Part shown: one piece after another, positions 26,135-38,944 of the stretch
Numbering within the stretch: position 1 is the stretch's first letter
Layout: each line of letters starts with the position of its first letter
Source: Leucoraja erinacea
Lineage: Eukaryota
Assembly: GCF_028641065.1 (NCBI RefSeq)
Contig: NC_073412.1
Span: 11,160,001-11,224,000 of the forward strand
Length of the DNA: 64,000 nucleotides
Direction: 5' to 3'
Notes under the pieces: generated by a model
The model's database searches: none
What the model was told of the DNA's origin: nothing
Seen by the model: the letters and a program-made list of their open reading frames with translations, nothing else
Position numbers and translations under genes: made by a program

Positions 26135-26428
26135 GGTGGCATGACGGTACAGCAGTAGAGTTGCTGCCTGACAGCGCCAGAAACCTAGGTTCAATCCTGA
26201 CTATGGGTGCTGTCTGTACAGAATTTGTATGTTCTCCCCGTGACCTGCATGGGCTTTCCCAGGGAGGTCCGGTTTCCTTCCACACTCCAAAGACCTACAG
26301 GTTTGTAGACAAATTGGCTTGGTAAAATTGTAAATTGTCCGTAAGTGTAAGAAAGTTAGTGTGTGGGGATCTCCAGTCAGCGTGGCCAAAGGGCCTGTTT
26401 CTGCGCTGTATCTCTAAACTAAACTAAA
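26135..26428 (+). mobile_element. Full-length HE1/V-SINE-like element
   Basis: tRNA head with B-box ggttcaatcc, V-domain, CR1-like tail gggcctgtttctgcgctgtatctc and (taaac)n. Confidence 0.8.
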
Positions 26429-26799
26429 GATATGCTTTGCAGCATAGATGGCCATTTAAAATTTCTGTAAATTTATACAACAATGGCTGTAACAGAATCA
26501 TTATATTCCAAGTCCATTCCTATCAACAGTTTCACCAGTATTGTAAATAATACAACATAATTTCAGAAGCTTAGGATCAGTTAAATTGTCAGTCAGTTAA
26601 TGATCAAATAGAGGGAGTTTTCTGTTTGAGTATATTATTCACTGAGAATTAGACTATTCAACAAGAGCCATCAACACTCATTTTAAGTTCAGGCATTTTA
26701 AGTTTCTTATAAAACATTCAGTAATGCGTCATGTCAGGCAGTGCAATGCTCAATGCAAAGGCATGGCACGTTTATTTTGGTCAGGATAGTTGTTTAGTA

Positions 26800-27426
26800 C
26801 AGTAAACCCTCGTTATAACAGATCATTGGGGGCGGGAGGAGATTGTGTCCATTATTGCAAATTATCCATTATAACAGAGTACGGTATTATCATTGTATAT
26901 AGTTGAAACAAAGAACTGCAGATGATGGTTAATACACAAAGTGCTGAAGCAACACAGCAGGTTAGGCTGGAGAATATGATTAGGTGATGTCGGGACCCTT
27001 CTTCAGACTGATTGAGGTAGTTTCATCTCAAAACTAGGCACTGACGCCGCTGGTCTGAACCAGCAAGACCCTTTTCTGGTGACATCATGACTGTTGTAAC
27101 TCACATTGTAGCCTCTGTGGGCAGCGCCAATGACAACACGCACTGTCACTGTGGGGCTTGCTCCCCTCACACCTGCTGCCGCTTCAGGTGGAGTATGCCA
27201 GCAACTCGGGGAGGGGGTGGGGGGGGGGAAGGAGGTGGAGGCTGCAGTGGGTGGAAGGGTAAAAAAAAGGCCAAGTGGACAAAGCAATGGGAGGAAGCAG
27301 CGGCGGTCGAAGTGAGGGCTATAAAAACCCAGTGAGATGGTGCGAGCCAGGGGTGGGTCAGCAAGTCCATCTGCTATATCCAAAATCTGTTATAAACTAA
27401 ACGTACATTAACTTGAGGATTTACTG
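26800..27426. mobile_element. Tigger/pogo-like MITE with internal PLE-derived insert
   Basis: ta|cagtaaaccctcgtta...ttgaggatttactg|ta; TA target duplication. Confidence 0.65.
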
Positions 27427-28479
27427 TATTATTAAATATACCCATCATTCTTTTTCCCTTATTAAATCCTAATTCAACAGCAATATAAGTGTAGCTCAGA
27501 GTTGGGTCAATAACAGAAAAGATGTGAGGTATTGCAGATCAGAGCCAGTTCAGGTTGGCTGTGATTGAGACGGATTATAATTTTGTACCAGAATAATTTT
27601 CTAATTTATATGGTGTCTTTAAGCATTGCAAATATCCCTAGGTTCTTAAGAGTTATCAAAAGCATTCCAAAATTATACAACCACAGAATAAAATGTATAC
27701 AAATAATGTGGAACATGTAGTCACTTACTATTAAAACACAATAGAAACAGGATGAAGTTTATTTAAGGCAATGCCAAATTTCTGAGTGGTGCTGTGGAAA
27801 TTAAGGTAAAGTCACGGGACAGTTTCTTTTCTCAACACCAGGAGGTAGCAGTAATCCAAGGTCAAGCATTTGTCAAAAAAAGTAAAACCGAAAAGGAATC
27901 ATCACATTATGTAATGGATTTATTGAATTACATTGAAATATTACACAGAAACAAGTCACTCCCACCTAGCCTTTACTAACGTTCACCTAACCTTTACACT
28001 AAAAAGTGAGCATGATACAGCAAAGAAAGAAGCCCCATGTGGACTTGCTACCCTGCCCACAACACTATTGTATCCACCTCAGTTAATCTTGTATGCCTTG
28101 GCAATTCAAGTACTTATCAACCTACTTGTGCTCCCAAGAGTAAACCCTACTACCTTTTCAGACAGTGTATTCCAGACTCCAAATCCAAAAGACTTTTACT
28201 CCCCACCCCCCATATTATACACCACTTTCAGGTCAACCTTCTCAGCTTCACAAAATACAAACCCACCCTATCCAGTCCCTCCTTATAAATAAAAAGGCTC
28301 CATTCCAGGGGAATCTACTCTATATCCGCTCCAGCATAATCAAATCCTTCCTATAGCATGACAATGAACTGCACAAAATACTCCAGGCCTCGAGTTAAAC
28401 GTCACCTCCCCCCCCTTACACTCGGTTATAGGGGACAATCAGTAATAATGGACACCATTCTTCTTCCTTATTTTTCTAA

Positions 28480-29290
28480 AACTTTCCTATCCATGTAGCT
28501 GTTCAATTGTCCCTTAAATTATGTTATTTTAGCCGAGTAATATTCTTATTAAATCTTTCCCTTCATTTTAAACCTTTGCCCACTAGATCTTGCTTCCCCA
28601 ACCCTGGGAAAAAGATTGTATGCATTCAACCTATCCATGCCCCTCATGATTTTATACCTCTGTAAGATCACCCCTCCTGTGCTCCAAGGAATTAAATCAC
28701 AGCCTGCCTAATCTCTCCCTTAAGTCAGTCTCTCGAGTCCTGCCACATCCTCAAATCTTTTCTGCACTCTTTCCAGCTTAATGGTATATTTCCTATAGCA
28801 GGGTGACAAAAAACCAAACACAATACATCAACTACAGCATCACCGTCTTATAGATATGCAATATAAAATCCTAATTTATTTACTCAATGTCATTACCGAC
28901 AAAGGACAGCATGTCAAAAGCCTTCTTCCCCACAATGTCCATCTGTGATGCCACTTTCAGGGGATTATGTACTTGTACTCCTCGGTTCCTATTTTACAAC
29001 ATTACCCTGGGCCCTACCATCACTGTGAATATCCTACCCGAAACATCTCACACTGATCCGAATTAAAATTCTATTTGTTACAGCCTACTTATCAAGAGAA
29101 TTTTGTAATATTCTCTTCACTATCTACGATACCATCTATTTTGGTGTAAATTACAAACTTAAGTAAAAATGCCTTATACTTTCTCATCCAAATCATTGTT
29201 ATAGATGACAAACATCAAAGGGCCAACCTCTGAAACACACAACGTCAGGGTCTTCCACTCTGACACATCCCCCTCTGCTTCCTACCACCA
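28480..29290 (-). mobile_element. Degenerate CR1-like LINE
   Basis: Reverse complement colinear with 18630-19195 and extending into the RT region. Confidence 0.6.
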
Positions 29291-30129
29291 AGTTAATAAT
29301 GCATCTGATTATAGGCACAAAATGCTGGAGTAACTCAGCAGAACAGACAGCATCTCTGGAGAGAAGGAATGGGTGACTTTTCGGGTCGAAACTCTTCTTC
29401 AGACCGAGTTACTCTAGCATTTTTGTGTCTACCTACGATTTAAACCAGCATCTGCAATTTTTTCCTACACATCCTATGCATCCAATTAGCTAGTTTTTCC
29501 TGATTCAGACCATCCAGAATAAGCTGCCATGACAAATTTGATCAAAGGCCTTGCTGAAGACCATAAAGACTAGTCATTTGTCCCTGCCATTTTCCCAGCA
29601 TATCAATCTCATTAGATCCATTCATCTTTCCCCTCATTTCCCCTGTATCTCTTCAATTTATTCTCTCAGATACTCATCAACTCTGATTCTTTTACAAGAC
29701 CTCATGATATACACTAGCCAGTTAACCCATCTTTGGATTGCGAGGAAAGTGGAGCACCAGAAAAAAATCCACATAACAGAGGTAATTTGGAAACTCTACA
29801 TAAACAGCGACCAAGGTCAGAATCGAACCCAGATCTCTGGAGTGGCGAGATCACAATGCTAACTTGCTTTTTTTTTTTTTTTAAAGTAGGAATGCCATCC
29901 TCTTTCCTACAGCTAACATCAAGTTGACTGGTTTCGAGGCAATAGAGCAACAGACACGAGACAGGAAAAAACTGAAAAGAGGAAGAGAGGTGGGGGTCCA
30001 GGGGGCATTGACCCCTGGTAGGATTCCAAGGAGCAATGTCCCTGGCAGGGGTAAAAAGGGGTAAGACCCCTTTATGCAGAATTTTTTTGATAATTGTACC
30101 TTGAAATGACACTGTTTTCTTGCCCGTTT

Positions 30130-30410
30130 ACCCTTAATTTCTCGCAGGGTGTTCCCCGCTCACACTCACAGGGTACCCCTCACTGCTCACACTCAGTACC
30201 CCCCCCACTGCACACACTCATAGGGACCCCCCCCTTACCTTTGCTCGCTCACAGACCCCCCCCCCCTCACTGCTCACAGGAAACCCCTCACCTTTGCTCA
30301 CTCACAGGGACCCTCTCACTGCTCACTCACAGGGACATCCCCTCATCTTTACTCACACTCAGAGACTTCCCCCCTCTGCTCACCAGGGCTCACACACGCT
30401 TCCTCTACTT
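30130..30410 (+). repeat. Degenerate minisatellite (ctcactcacagggaccccc-like)
   Basis: About 8 imperfect repeats visible. Confidence 0.65.
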
Positions 30411-31310
30411 GCTTTAAAACACTTATTGACACCGACAAGGCCCCCGGCCCTGCAGCCGCGTCCCAGCCCAGTGTCCATTCTCCCGCTGCCCTATCCTGGG
30501 GACGCCGCTACCCTCGCTCCCAGCCCCTCGCTCCACCAGGCCTCGCATTTACCCCGCCTCCCTTCTCCAATCACCGCTCTCTATCCTCAATCCCGGCCTC
30601 CCACTTCCAGAGATAACATGGAAACTCCACAAACTCTGACCGATGCCTCCTTCCTCCAATCATTGTGCTGAATCATCATGTACCGTCCCCCCCACTGCCT
30701 GCTGACCATCGTCCTTCTCGTCCAATCGGCGCCCTCAATCATCAGTCCCACCCCACTGTCTCACAGAAAGTAATTTATAGATCTGGAGAGATTTCAATTT
30801 TTTTTGACGAATATCAAAATCCGCCTAAATCTGTGGGTCCGCGGAGAAATCTCATGCCGGTTCAAAAAAGGGCAAGCTAAAAAGGTTTATGTGCAAACAA
30901 ACTTGCATCAACCTTTCATTTTCATGACATTGTGTCATTTCTAAGCAATTCACAATTAATACAACATGTGAAGTGCAGTCACTGTTATAATTATGAAAAA
31001 TGGCAACCATGACAATAACAAAATATTCTGTTTTTATTTTAGTTAACAGAATATCGTCATGGAATCTTTTGCTTTTATCCAAGGTGGCTGATAGAGCCTT
31101 AATGCTCAAACAGTGGAGGGTGAATTGTTAAACTATCCTTAATCTGCTTCACACAATCAGCCTAAATTTTAATATTCAAGTTTCAAAAACAGGCTTGGAC
31201 CCGATTCAGAGTCAACTGAAACATTGCAAACATCAGCAACACAAAGTTAACCATTCATAAAAATAAAAATAAAAAAGAATTGTTTCATGAACAAATCAAA
31301 GTTAACTCAC

Positions 31311-31409
31311 TTGATTTTGAACCACAGGTGGGTGCTATCTGACCATTTGGGCACGTACAGATGTTTGGTCGTGAACAAAACCCATCGCCACACGAGTTCC
31401 TGCAAATTG
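31311..31409 (-). CDS. FBN1: Fibrillin-1 coding exon 3 (EGF1)
   Basis: tttcag|(P)[32 protein letters not shown]|gtgagt. 99 nt, six-Cys EGF pattern. Confidence 0.96.
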
Positions 31410-31632
31410 CTGAAATAAGGAAAAAGCGCATCTAAATGCAACTCCTTGCTTAAGATTCCTTATACAAAATAATATTAAATTACAAAATCCAATACAGATT
31501 ATAATAATGAAATCCTCTAGGATTTCCTTAAATGCATTCTTCTCTATTAACACTGCGGTTTAATCAAAGTTGTTTGGCCTCTGGCATTCAGTTATTACCA
31601 TCTGCTAACCCATTCTTCATTTTCTCACTTAC

Positions 31633-31715
31633 GGACAATACATTGATTTCCTCCCGGCAACGTTTTCCATCCTGGGCAGCAATATGAATGGAAACGTGAT
31701 CCACAGACATTCGGC
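31633..31715 (-). CDS. FBN1: Fibrillin-1 coding exon 2 (FUN domain)
   Basis: ttttttag|[28 protein letters not shown](P)|gtaagt. 83 nt, the same size as the human exon. Confidence 0.96.
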
Positions 31716-34505
31716 CTAAAAAAAAGTAAACTAATTAACCAATTTTCAAAGGTATTTTATCGTCACATGTACCAATTAAGGTACAGTGTAATTTGTATTA
31801 CCATACAGCCATACTAAAAAAGCAGCAAGATACACAACTACATAAAAGTTAACATAAGCATCCACCACATCGGATTTCCCACATTCCTCACTGTGAGACA
31901 TGTTATTCTAAGTTTAAACTAATCAACTTTAAATGTGCATCAGCATTGCTGGATATATAATCAGAATGATAATGCAATTTTACCAATGACAATCTATGTT
32001 TTGGGAACATGCATGAAAGTCCAATTCCTTGGAAAATCACCGACAGAAAATCTGTTATATCACACATTTTAAATCTTTCATCTCCGCCTTTAATCTAGAT
32101 CTGTGCCCCGAGCAATTCAAAGCGGCCAGTTGTCATTCTTATGGCATGAACAACTGAAATGTGCAGAGGTTAATGCATTAAGGCACCCATTAGCCTTAGA
32201 AAACACCTCGTTACTCGCACTGACTCTGTAATAGGAAAGGCCTGATTACTTCAAGAAAGCATCATGACTGAGGCTCAAATCATGAAGAAATCACAACGGC
32301 CTACTCAAGTACATTTTTAAACTTTCAGACATTCAAATAATATGCAAGCTGTGATATTGCATTAAAGGAACGGGAAATGGAAACAAATAATTTAAGCATT
32401 CATAGCAGTCCAATGATCTACTATGGAAATTAAGATCATGAATACAAGTTTTCAATTAAGCCACACTACAAGAATCCAACTTCCCCACTGGTGGAAAGTG
32501 TTCTAAAATAAGCCTTTGTCCAATTGTCATGTTCGTGGTCGGCTAGGCTACAAAACCAGTGGTCAATAATTGTCTGCTACAAACTTGATCAAAGTCCCTT
32601 CAAATTTAATTAGTTGTCCAACTGAATAAAATGATCTTGCATATGTGTAGGAAGGAACTGTAGATGTTGGTTTAAACCGAAGATAAACACAAAAAGCTGC
32701 ATCAGGCAGCATCTCTGGAGAAAAAGGAATAGGTGACGTTTCGGGACGAGACCCTTCTTCTGACAGCGTCAGGGGGAAAGGAAACGAGAGATATAGACGG
32801 TGATGTAGAGAGATATAGAACAACTGAATGAAATATATGCAGATCCGATAAAGCACTGCACAAATGCAACCTTTGCAAGTAGACGCTCGTTGGACGGTCG
32901 GGCCCATGTCTACTCCGAAAAAAAATGACACGTCTAATTTAATTTGCCTTCCTTCGCTTTCGTTCATATTTACTTTAAATTTAGAAAAATAGTTCTGAAT
33001 GGAAGCTTCTGTATATCAAGACCACGCACTCCAATCCAAGACAGTCTATTTGTTTTTGACGTGTAATCGAATGTTCAGAAGTTGATCGACTGCAAATCCA
33101 GCACCATCAAATTGAACTGGTTTCATTAAAACTTGAAAATTTTAGTGAATCGGCAACTTAAACATTGTGGTGGCGTAAGAGAATGAAAGTTTTTCACCTA
33201 CAATCTTTATTACATTTAATCTTGAGCAAGCGATATAACACTAAAGTTTCGTTAGTTTTTACTGAAAATATCGTCAGTGTGTTGAACGTGCAAGACGCGC
33301 TCACTTTCATTTCCATTTTCAGCCCAAGGTGGTGAAGCTGAATCCCGGTCCTTTCCCATCGGTTCCAGCCTGCGGAATATGACTGCAAACTGCATCCAGA
33401 GAACAAACCAACTACTGTATTGCGAGCTCGATGGGAAATATTACCGTCACCACAACCCTTCCTGCAGTTTCTGCACCGATGTTTCATTTAACCCGCACAA
33501 GCAGAACTTTCCCTTTACTGGCAATCCATCGCCAGCTCCAAAACCAACTTCCTTTACTGTGAAGCTCGGGGAATATGAACACCTTTACAAACCACTACTG
33601 TATTGCGAGCTCGATGGGAAATATTACCGTCACCAAACCCTTCCTGAGACAGAATAAGTCTGTGTAAGCAGAGCACTTTAAACGCTATTTCTTAGACCTG
33701 GCACATTTGCAACAACGTTTGCAAAAATTAATAAAAAACACTTCAAATTAAACCACCACAGCTCTTTCACGAGGATGCAATGAAGCTGCGAATAGAAACC
33801 AGCCCGGGCGATCAACGGCAAGGAATGGAAACGTGTGTAACGTTCAATGTTCGGAATAACTTGTTATCGCCAAATGAAATATGACGCTTTGCCTAACGTT
33901 ATCGGACTACGGGGATTTTCACGGCGGCACCCGATGTTGCATTTAAACCCGGAGACCAGTTGCAGAGTGGAAGGCGTGAAATGCTTCCAGCGCACTGCAA
34001 TCCATCGACTAAGGGGTTAAAAGTCTACACTGAGGCAGAGGTGCAAGCGGGGAGCTGCCCCGTACCTCCACCTCCCTGCAGCTTCCCTTATGCTGAGGAA
34101 AGGGGAAAAATACGGCAACAGATCTGCTGATGTGGAAATGTACCAATTCAAGGAAAACTTTGGCCAAACATCATGTCCCTCAGCAACAACTCCTCCCGAC
34201 CACAGTTGTATTCGCTGCTGTAGTCTTTTTTTAAAATAAAACTTTCATTAATGCACCATACGCGCCAAGTCGTTTTTAAACAGAAATTGTATGGTTTTAA
34301 TTAAAGTCTGCTTTGACGTCTATCCTACATTTTGCTGCGCACAGCGCAACATTTCTACTCCAGTTTCGACCCATGCCATGGTCATTCTCTGGGGATTAAA
34401 ATGTCTCATTTACATTACTTTTTCGGGCAGAGGAAGAATATAGAAGTTAACAATCATGCAGCGAAGACGACTTTTATTTTCTTAAAAAGTAACGGTAATA
34501 TTTAC

Positions 34506-34678
34506 CCTTTCAGTGCATCCTGGTTTGATCCTAGTCTTCGTGACCTGCTTGTATTCTTCTGGTTGTTGAGCCTCGCAGCATCTGGATCTTCCTCTGCCGC
34601 ACCTACACTTGTCTGCACCGCAATGTATAAAAACGTTGTAAATCCCACGTAAACCCTCAGCAGCCACCGAATCCACAT
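34506..34678 (-). CDS. FBN1: Fibrillin-1, first coding exon (signal peptide + propeptide)
   Basis: Reads MWIRWLLRVYVGFTTFLYIAVQTSVGAAEEDPDAARLNNQKNTSRSRRLGSNQDALK(G) followed by donor GG|gtaaa. It has a hydrophobic signal peptide, an RxRR motif and a DALKG end as in human FBN1. 173 nt, phase 2, joins the next exon in frame. Confidence 0.92.
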
Positions 34679-34949
34679 AATGTAGTCGGGGCTGGGCTCC
34701 CTCCCGTCTCAACCAAACACTCCGTGCTCCACGGGAGAGAGGGAGGGGGATGCTAAACACAGCTTGATTTCAGCGACTTACACCTCAGGCAAAAATCAAA
34801 TTTTAAAAAGAACGTCCTCAAATATCCTTCAAAAACGAACCGAGGGATAAGTTTAGAATTTTTATAAAAGTTTATATAAACACTTTCCGTTCAGTTGCAA
34901 TTGACAGGGGATAAAACATGTGGAAGTTAAACTATTTTAATCGGTTTAA

Positions 34950-35440
34950 AAAGCAGCCTCAGCCTCCGGGCTGCCTCGTTGATTGCGGGCGTTCGCTCGC
35001 GAAGCGGCTGCTGCACTGCATGGACTTCTGCTGCGCGGGAGTCGGCTCGCGCCCCGCTGCCTCCACTCCCCTACCAACCGCCACCTCCCACTTTGCCGCG
35101 CGACGCCCTCCGGCCGCTGCGCGCGCTGCTCTCGCGAGAAGCCGCGGCGAACGCGGGCTGCGAGGAGGAGGTGTCGACGGCGGCGCCCTCCTGTCGGTGG
35201 CAGGGGATCGGGTTTGAAGTTGCCCAGGGAAAATTAAACATCCATCGCAGGGCTGGCAGAGAATGTTACGAGGCAAGTTCGTTTTCGGACTCTTACATGC
35301 AAGTGCTATCTGCCCCCGAGCAGTTTATTAAACATAATACATTCAACAGCAGGTGTCCCATTCGATAGAGCGCTCTATTGTCGATCACACGACGCCGCCC
35401 TCGATTCGGGAAAGGTCAGTCTGGTACTTCATTGGCGGGC
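34950..35440 (-). promoter_or_regulatory. GC/CpG-rich promoter and 5' UTR region of FBN1
   Basis: CpG-dense stretch at about 34960-35210, just upstream of the ATG exon. CCAAT on the minus strand at 35431-35435 (cccgccaatg). Possible non-coding exon donor CAT|gtaaga near 35296. Confidence 0.55.
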
Positions 35441-36475
35441 TTGGCTATGCTACGCAAGAAGTCACACATGATTCAGTGGTAGTGGTACCATTGTTTTGAG
35501 ACAGAATGTCACGGTGTTCATGATTCCTCTTAAAAAAAAAGATATACATTTGCCCCTCATGTCCATGCGCGGCATTGTTGGATATGACTTGCTTCCAGTA
35601 CTTCTGTCGTGAGCATGAAGTATCCAAGTGGAAACAGCAGAGATGTGCCCACTTCTCATTCTACCTGACTAACACAGTGCTGGAGGTACACGGGAGGAAA
35701 TTTAGCAGGATATAAAGGGGGGTGGTCCAGTAGTTAATAGTTGCACCCATTAGGGACAAAGGGTAGTGGTGGCGGACGGGTGAAGTTGGGAACCCGTGAC
35801 AAAAAAGAGGCAGATGGAGCTGGAAGGATGTGACGGTGAAGACAGGATGGAGGTAAGTAGGTAGAAGGAGGCAACAAATGTTGAAATCTGATAAAGAAGG
35901 TGTTCATGTGAACTGCTATGGATGAGATGAAGAGTAGATAGAGGAGAGGATACTGTGGATGAATATGTGTGGGTAGTAACTGGATGGAACTAGGAGGGGG
36001 AGGGAGACAAAAAAATGGTGATTGGAGCTGTAGTGGAGCAAGTTTTTTCTAGTTTGCAATGAACCTCGTCTGGCAGTGGAGGAGGCTAACGGCAGACAGG
36101 TCAGTATGGGAGTAAAAAGTAGTTGAAATGATACGTCTTTTTACAATACTGGGGAGATTTTGAGGAATGAGATTATTATTCAGATTTTTACAGCATTACA
36201 CTTAACAAAAATCTACCATCATGTGAAACCTTACAAATAACAAATATAAATGAGATAACTTCAAGACTGAAAGTCAAAAGCTTTTTTCATAGACAAAATT
36301 TTCATCATTTGACCACCATTTTGGACACCAGAAATGTGACATTAAAAACTCTGCCACATTTAATCATTAATATTTAATTCATAAATAAACTTCATATGCC
36401 CCCCTCATACATACACGTTTTGATAATGATCTAGGGAAATATCTTCATCAATACCAGGAGAAAAATATAGTAAAA

Positions 36476-37579
36476 CTAGGCTAAGGGTCCCATGTTGGGT
36501 CCCATGTTCACACGGGAGGACTGGTCCCCCAACACAATATTCCACCTCTCCACCAATTCCAATATTGGTAGCCAGTGTGTGCGAGGGAGAGGGTGGGGGG
36601 GGCTTTCTGGAGCGCTAGTAAGGGTGTTGTGGGCTGTTGGGACTGGTTTCCAGAGGGCCAGTATGGACATTGTGGGCCAAATGGATTCTTGGGGTGGCAG
36701 CTCAGTCACTCAAGCCTGATGTGCTGGTGGGCTGGCAGTTGACTCACGGCTATTCATTGAAATTCCATTTCAAACAGGGTGCAAGGTCACCAAATTCAAA
36801 TGCAGTTTCCTACCATTTCAAGCAGGGTGCAAGGCCACCAAATTCAAGTGCAGTTTCCGATCACTTCAAGCAGGGTGCAAGGCCACCAAATTCAAGAGCA
36901 ATTTCATACCACTTCATGTAGGGTGCAAGGCCCACCAAATTCAAGTGCAGTTTCATACCACTTCAAGCAGGGTGCAAGGCCACCAAATGCAAGTGCATTT
37001 TCATACCACTTCATGTAGGGTGCAAGGCCCACCAAATTCAAGTGCAGTTTCAAACCACTTCAAGCAGGGTGCAAGGCCACCAAATTTCAAATGCAGTTTC
37101 ATACCATTTCATGCAGGGTGCAAGGCCACCACATTCAAATGCAGTTTCATACCATTTCAAGCAGGGTGAAACCACCATAAAACCACACAAAACACCACAA
37201 GACATCACATAAACACCACACTCACAGTTCAGTAGACATTCAGCGTGTTCAGTTGATTCACAGCTCAGACAGAGTCATGACCTCTCCCTCCCCATCTTGC
37301 AGAGACTGAGCCACACCCACACTTCCAGGTTTTATAATCCCTACCCCTCCCAGTGGAAGGGGTGGGGCCTTCATGGCATGATTGACAGGAGAGAGATTCT
37401 CAACATTTTTTAAACACGAATAATTCTTATTTTTCATCGATGGAAAAAATCCTCTTGTCCTGCACAGCGGCGGGGTAATGAGTAAGATGGCCAATAGTCA
37501 CAACCGTAAGTGGCAGTATTTTTTCTAAAATCAATCTAACAACAGGAAGTGGTCAAGATCAAACTTTTAGTAATATAGA
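36476..37579 (-). mobile_element. Non-autonomous Helitron, apparently full length
   Basis: Minus strand A|TCtatattactaaaag...gcCTAG|T. Inserted between A and T with no TSD. Confidence 0.75.
36775..37169 (+). repeat. 48-49-bp minisatellite, about 8 copies
   Basis: Units start at 36775, 36823, 36871, 36919, 36968, 37016, 37065, 37114 and 37162. Consensus cagggtgcaaggccaccaaattcaagtgcagtttcataccacttcaag. Confidence 0.9.
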
Positions 37580-38744
37580 TGTCTGTTATTCCGCCTCGCA
37601 AAATCCTGTAATGGTCGTTGTGTTTGGTGTCCATTATCACAATGACCGTTATCGGGGTCGGTACCATTGTAAGTTAAACCACGGAGGCTCCAAACCTCTA
37701 ATGCTTTTCAAAAGCCCAACGAGGCATCCTATGGTAATAGCGACATTTGGGCAAGTTAATTTTTTTTTCCAATTTTCAAAAACATCGTGGTATCAAAAAC
37801 GCAACGACCGGTTTACGATATATTTTCGGACTTTTTAAAATCAATAAAAATACAATTTTGGGCATAAATTGATCATCAAAACTAAGAGACTGAGCCAATC
37901 TTCAATTTGGCAACCCACTTTCTCTTGTTTATCTTTCATATCGCTAATTTTCCTTTGTGTCAACTTCCAGAAACACCACACCGACCGTTACCTAGACATT
38001 TTACTTACTAAAAAATCATCCCAAATCAAACCTTCTGACGAATCATCGGCAATCGATATAGCTCAAATCCATAAGGTAATGTACCGTTTAGAACACATTG
38101 GTGAAAATGTTTGGTTTTCGCTAATAATGTAGTGTTTGTTTTCTGGGACACCAAACCTTTGAGTGTCCACCACAACGTACGTCTGTGTGTATGATGTGTA
38201 ATGCGCATTGCAGTGTCCACTCTGATCCCATCTATCTCACTGGATAACTTTGATCTACCTTTTATCGGAATATCTTGCACTAAATGTCCCTTTATCTATG
38301 CATTAAGGACGGTTTGATTGTGATTGTGTATAATTTTCATTGACTGGATAACACACAACACATAGCTTCTCACTGTACTCAGTACATGTTAGAATAATAA
38401 TAAACTAAACTAATCTAGTCATAGGAAGCTACATCCAGAGTTCCAAAAGGTTAGAGGAGGTGCTTGTGAACGGTTATTTCACCTGGGAGAAGATGTTTGA
38501 ACAGGTCACGAGCTTCAGGTTCCTCAGAGTAACTATCAAGAATAATTTGTCCTGAACCAACCATATAACCCTATAACAATTACAGCACGGAAACAGGCCA
38601 TCTCGGCCCTACAAGTCCGTGCCGAACCACATCGAAGTGACGGCCAAGAAAACACACCAATGCTTCTACTCCCTCAGAAAACTAAGGAAGTTCGGCATAT
38701 CTACAATTACACTTACGAACTTCTACAGATTGACATGTCCTCGA

Positions 38745-38944
38745 TCACAGCTTTTGTGTTAAGTCAATGGAAAAGCAATAGGGAACAAGATGCTAAATTT
38801 CGAGTATGGAAATGGCCATAACTTTTTTAATACTGAAGATATGAAAGTGAATTAGGTGTCAAATTAAGCTTATTTTTATGTTTTATCTGATGGGATAAAT
38901 TGCAGACTTGATTTTAAAAATCTCAAAATGTTGTAACATTGCTA
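38745..38944. mobile_element. Terminal fragment of the TAG...CTA element family
   Basis: Matches 51810-52010 and ends tgtaacattgcta. Confidence 0.75.

Noticed and set aside
26135-26210. tRNA-like sequence
   Set aside because: Degenerate SINE head, not a foldable tRNA gene.
33379-33657. ORF with repeated YCELDGKYYRH
   Set aside because: Consequence of a DNA duplication, antisense within an intron, and no recognisable domain.
34482-34760. ORF-track 92-aa minus-strand ORF
   Set aside because: Wrong frame; the real FBN1 exon starts at ATG 34678 in another frame.
36775-37169. Regularly spaced repeats resembling a CRISPR array
   Set aside because: Whole 48-49-bp units repeat with no unique spacers. 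Eukaryotic context, inside a Helitron.
37590-38134. Possible CACTA-type end (gtagtg at about 38129-38134)
   Set aside because: No matching opposite TIR or TSD could be identified.
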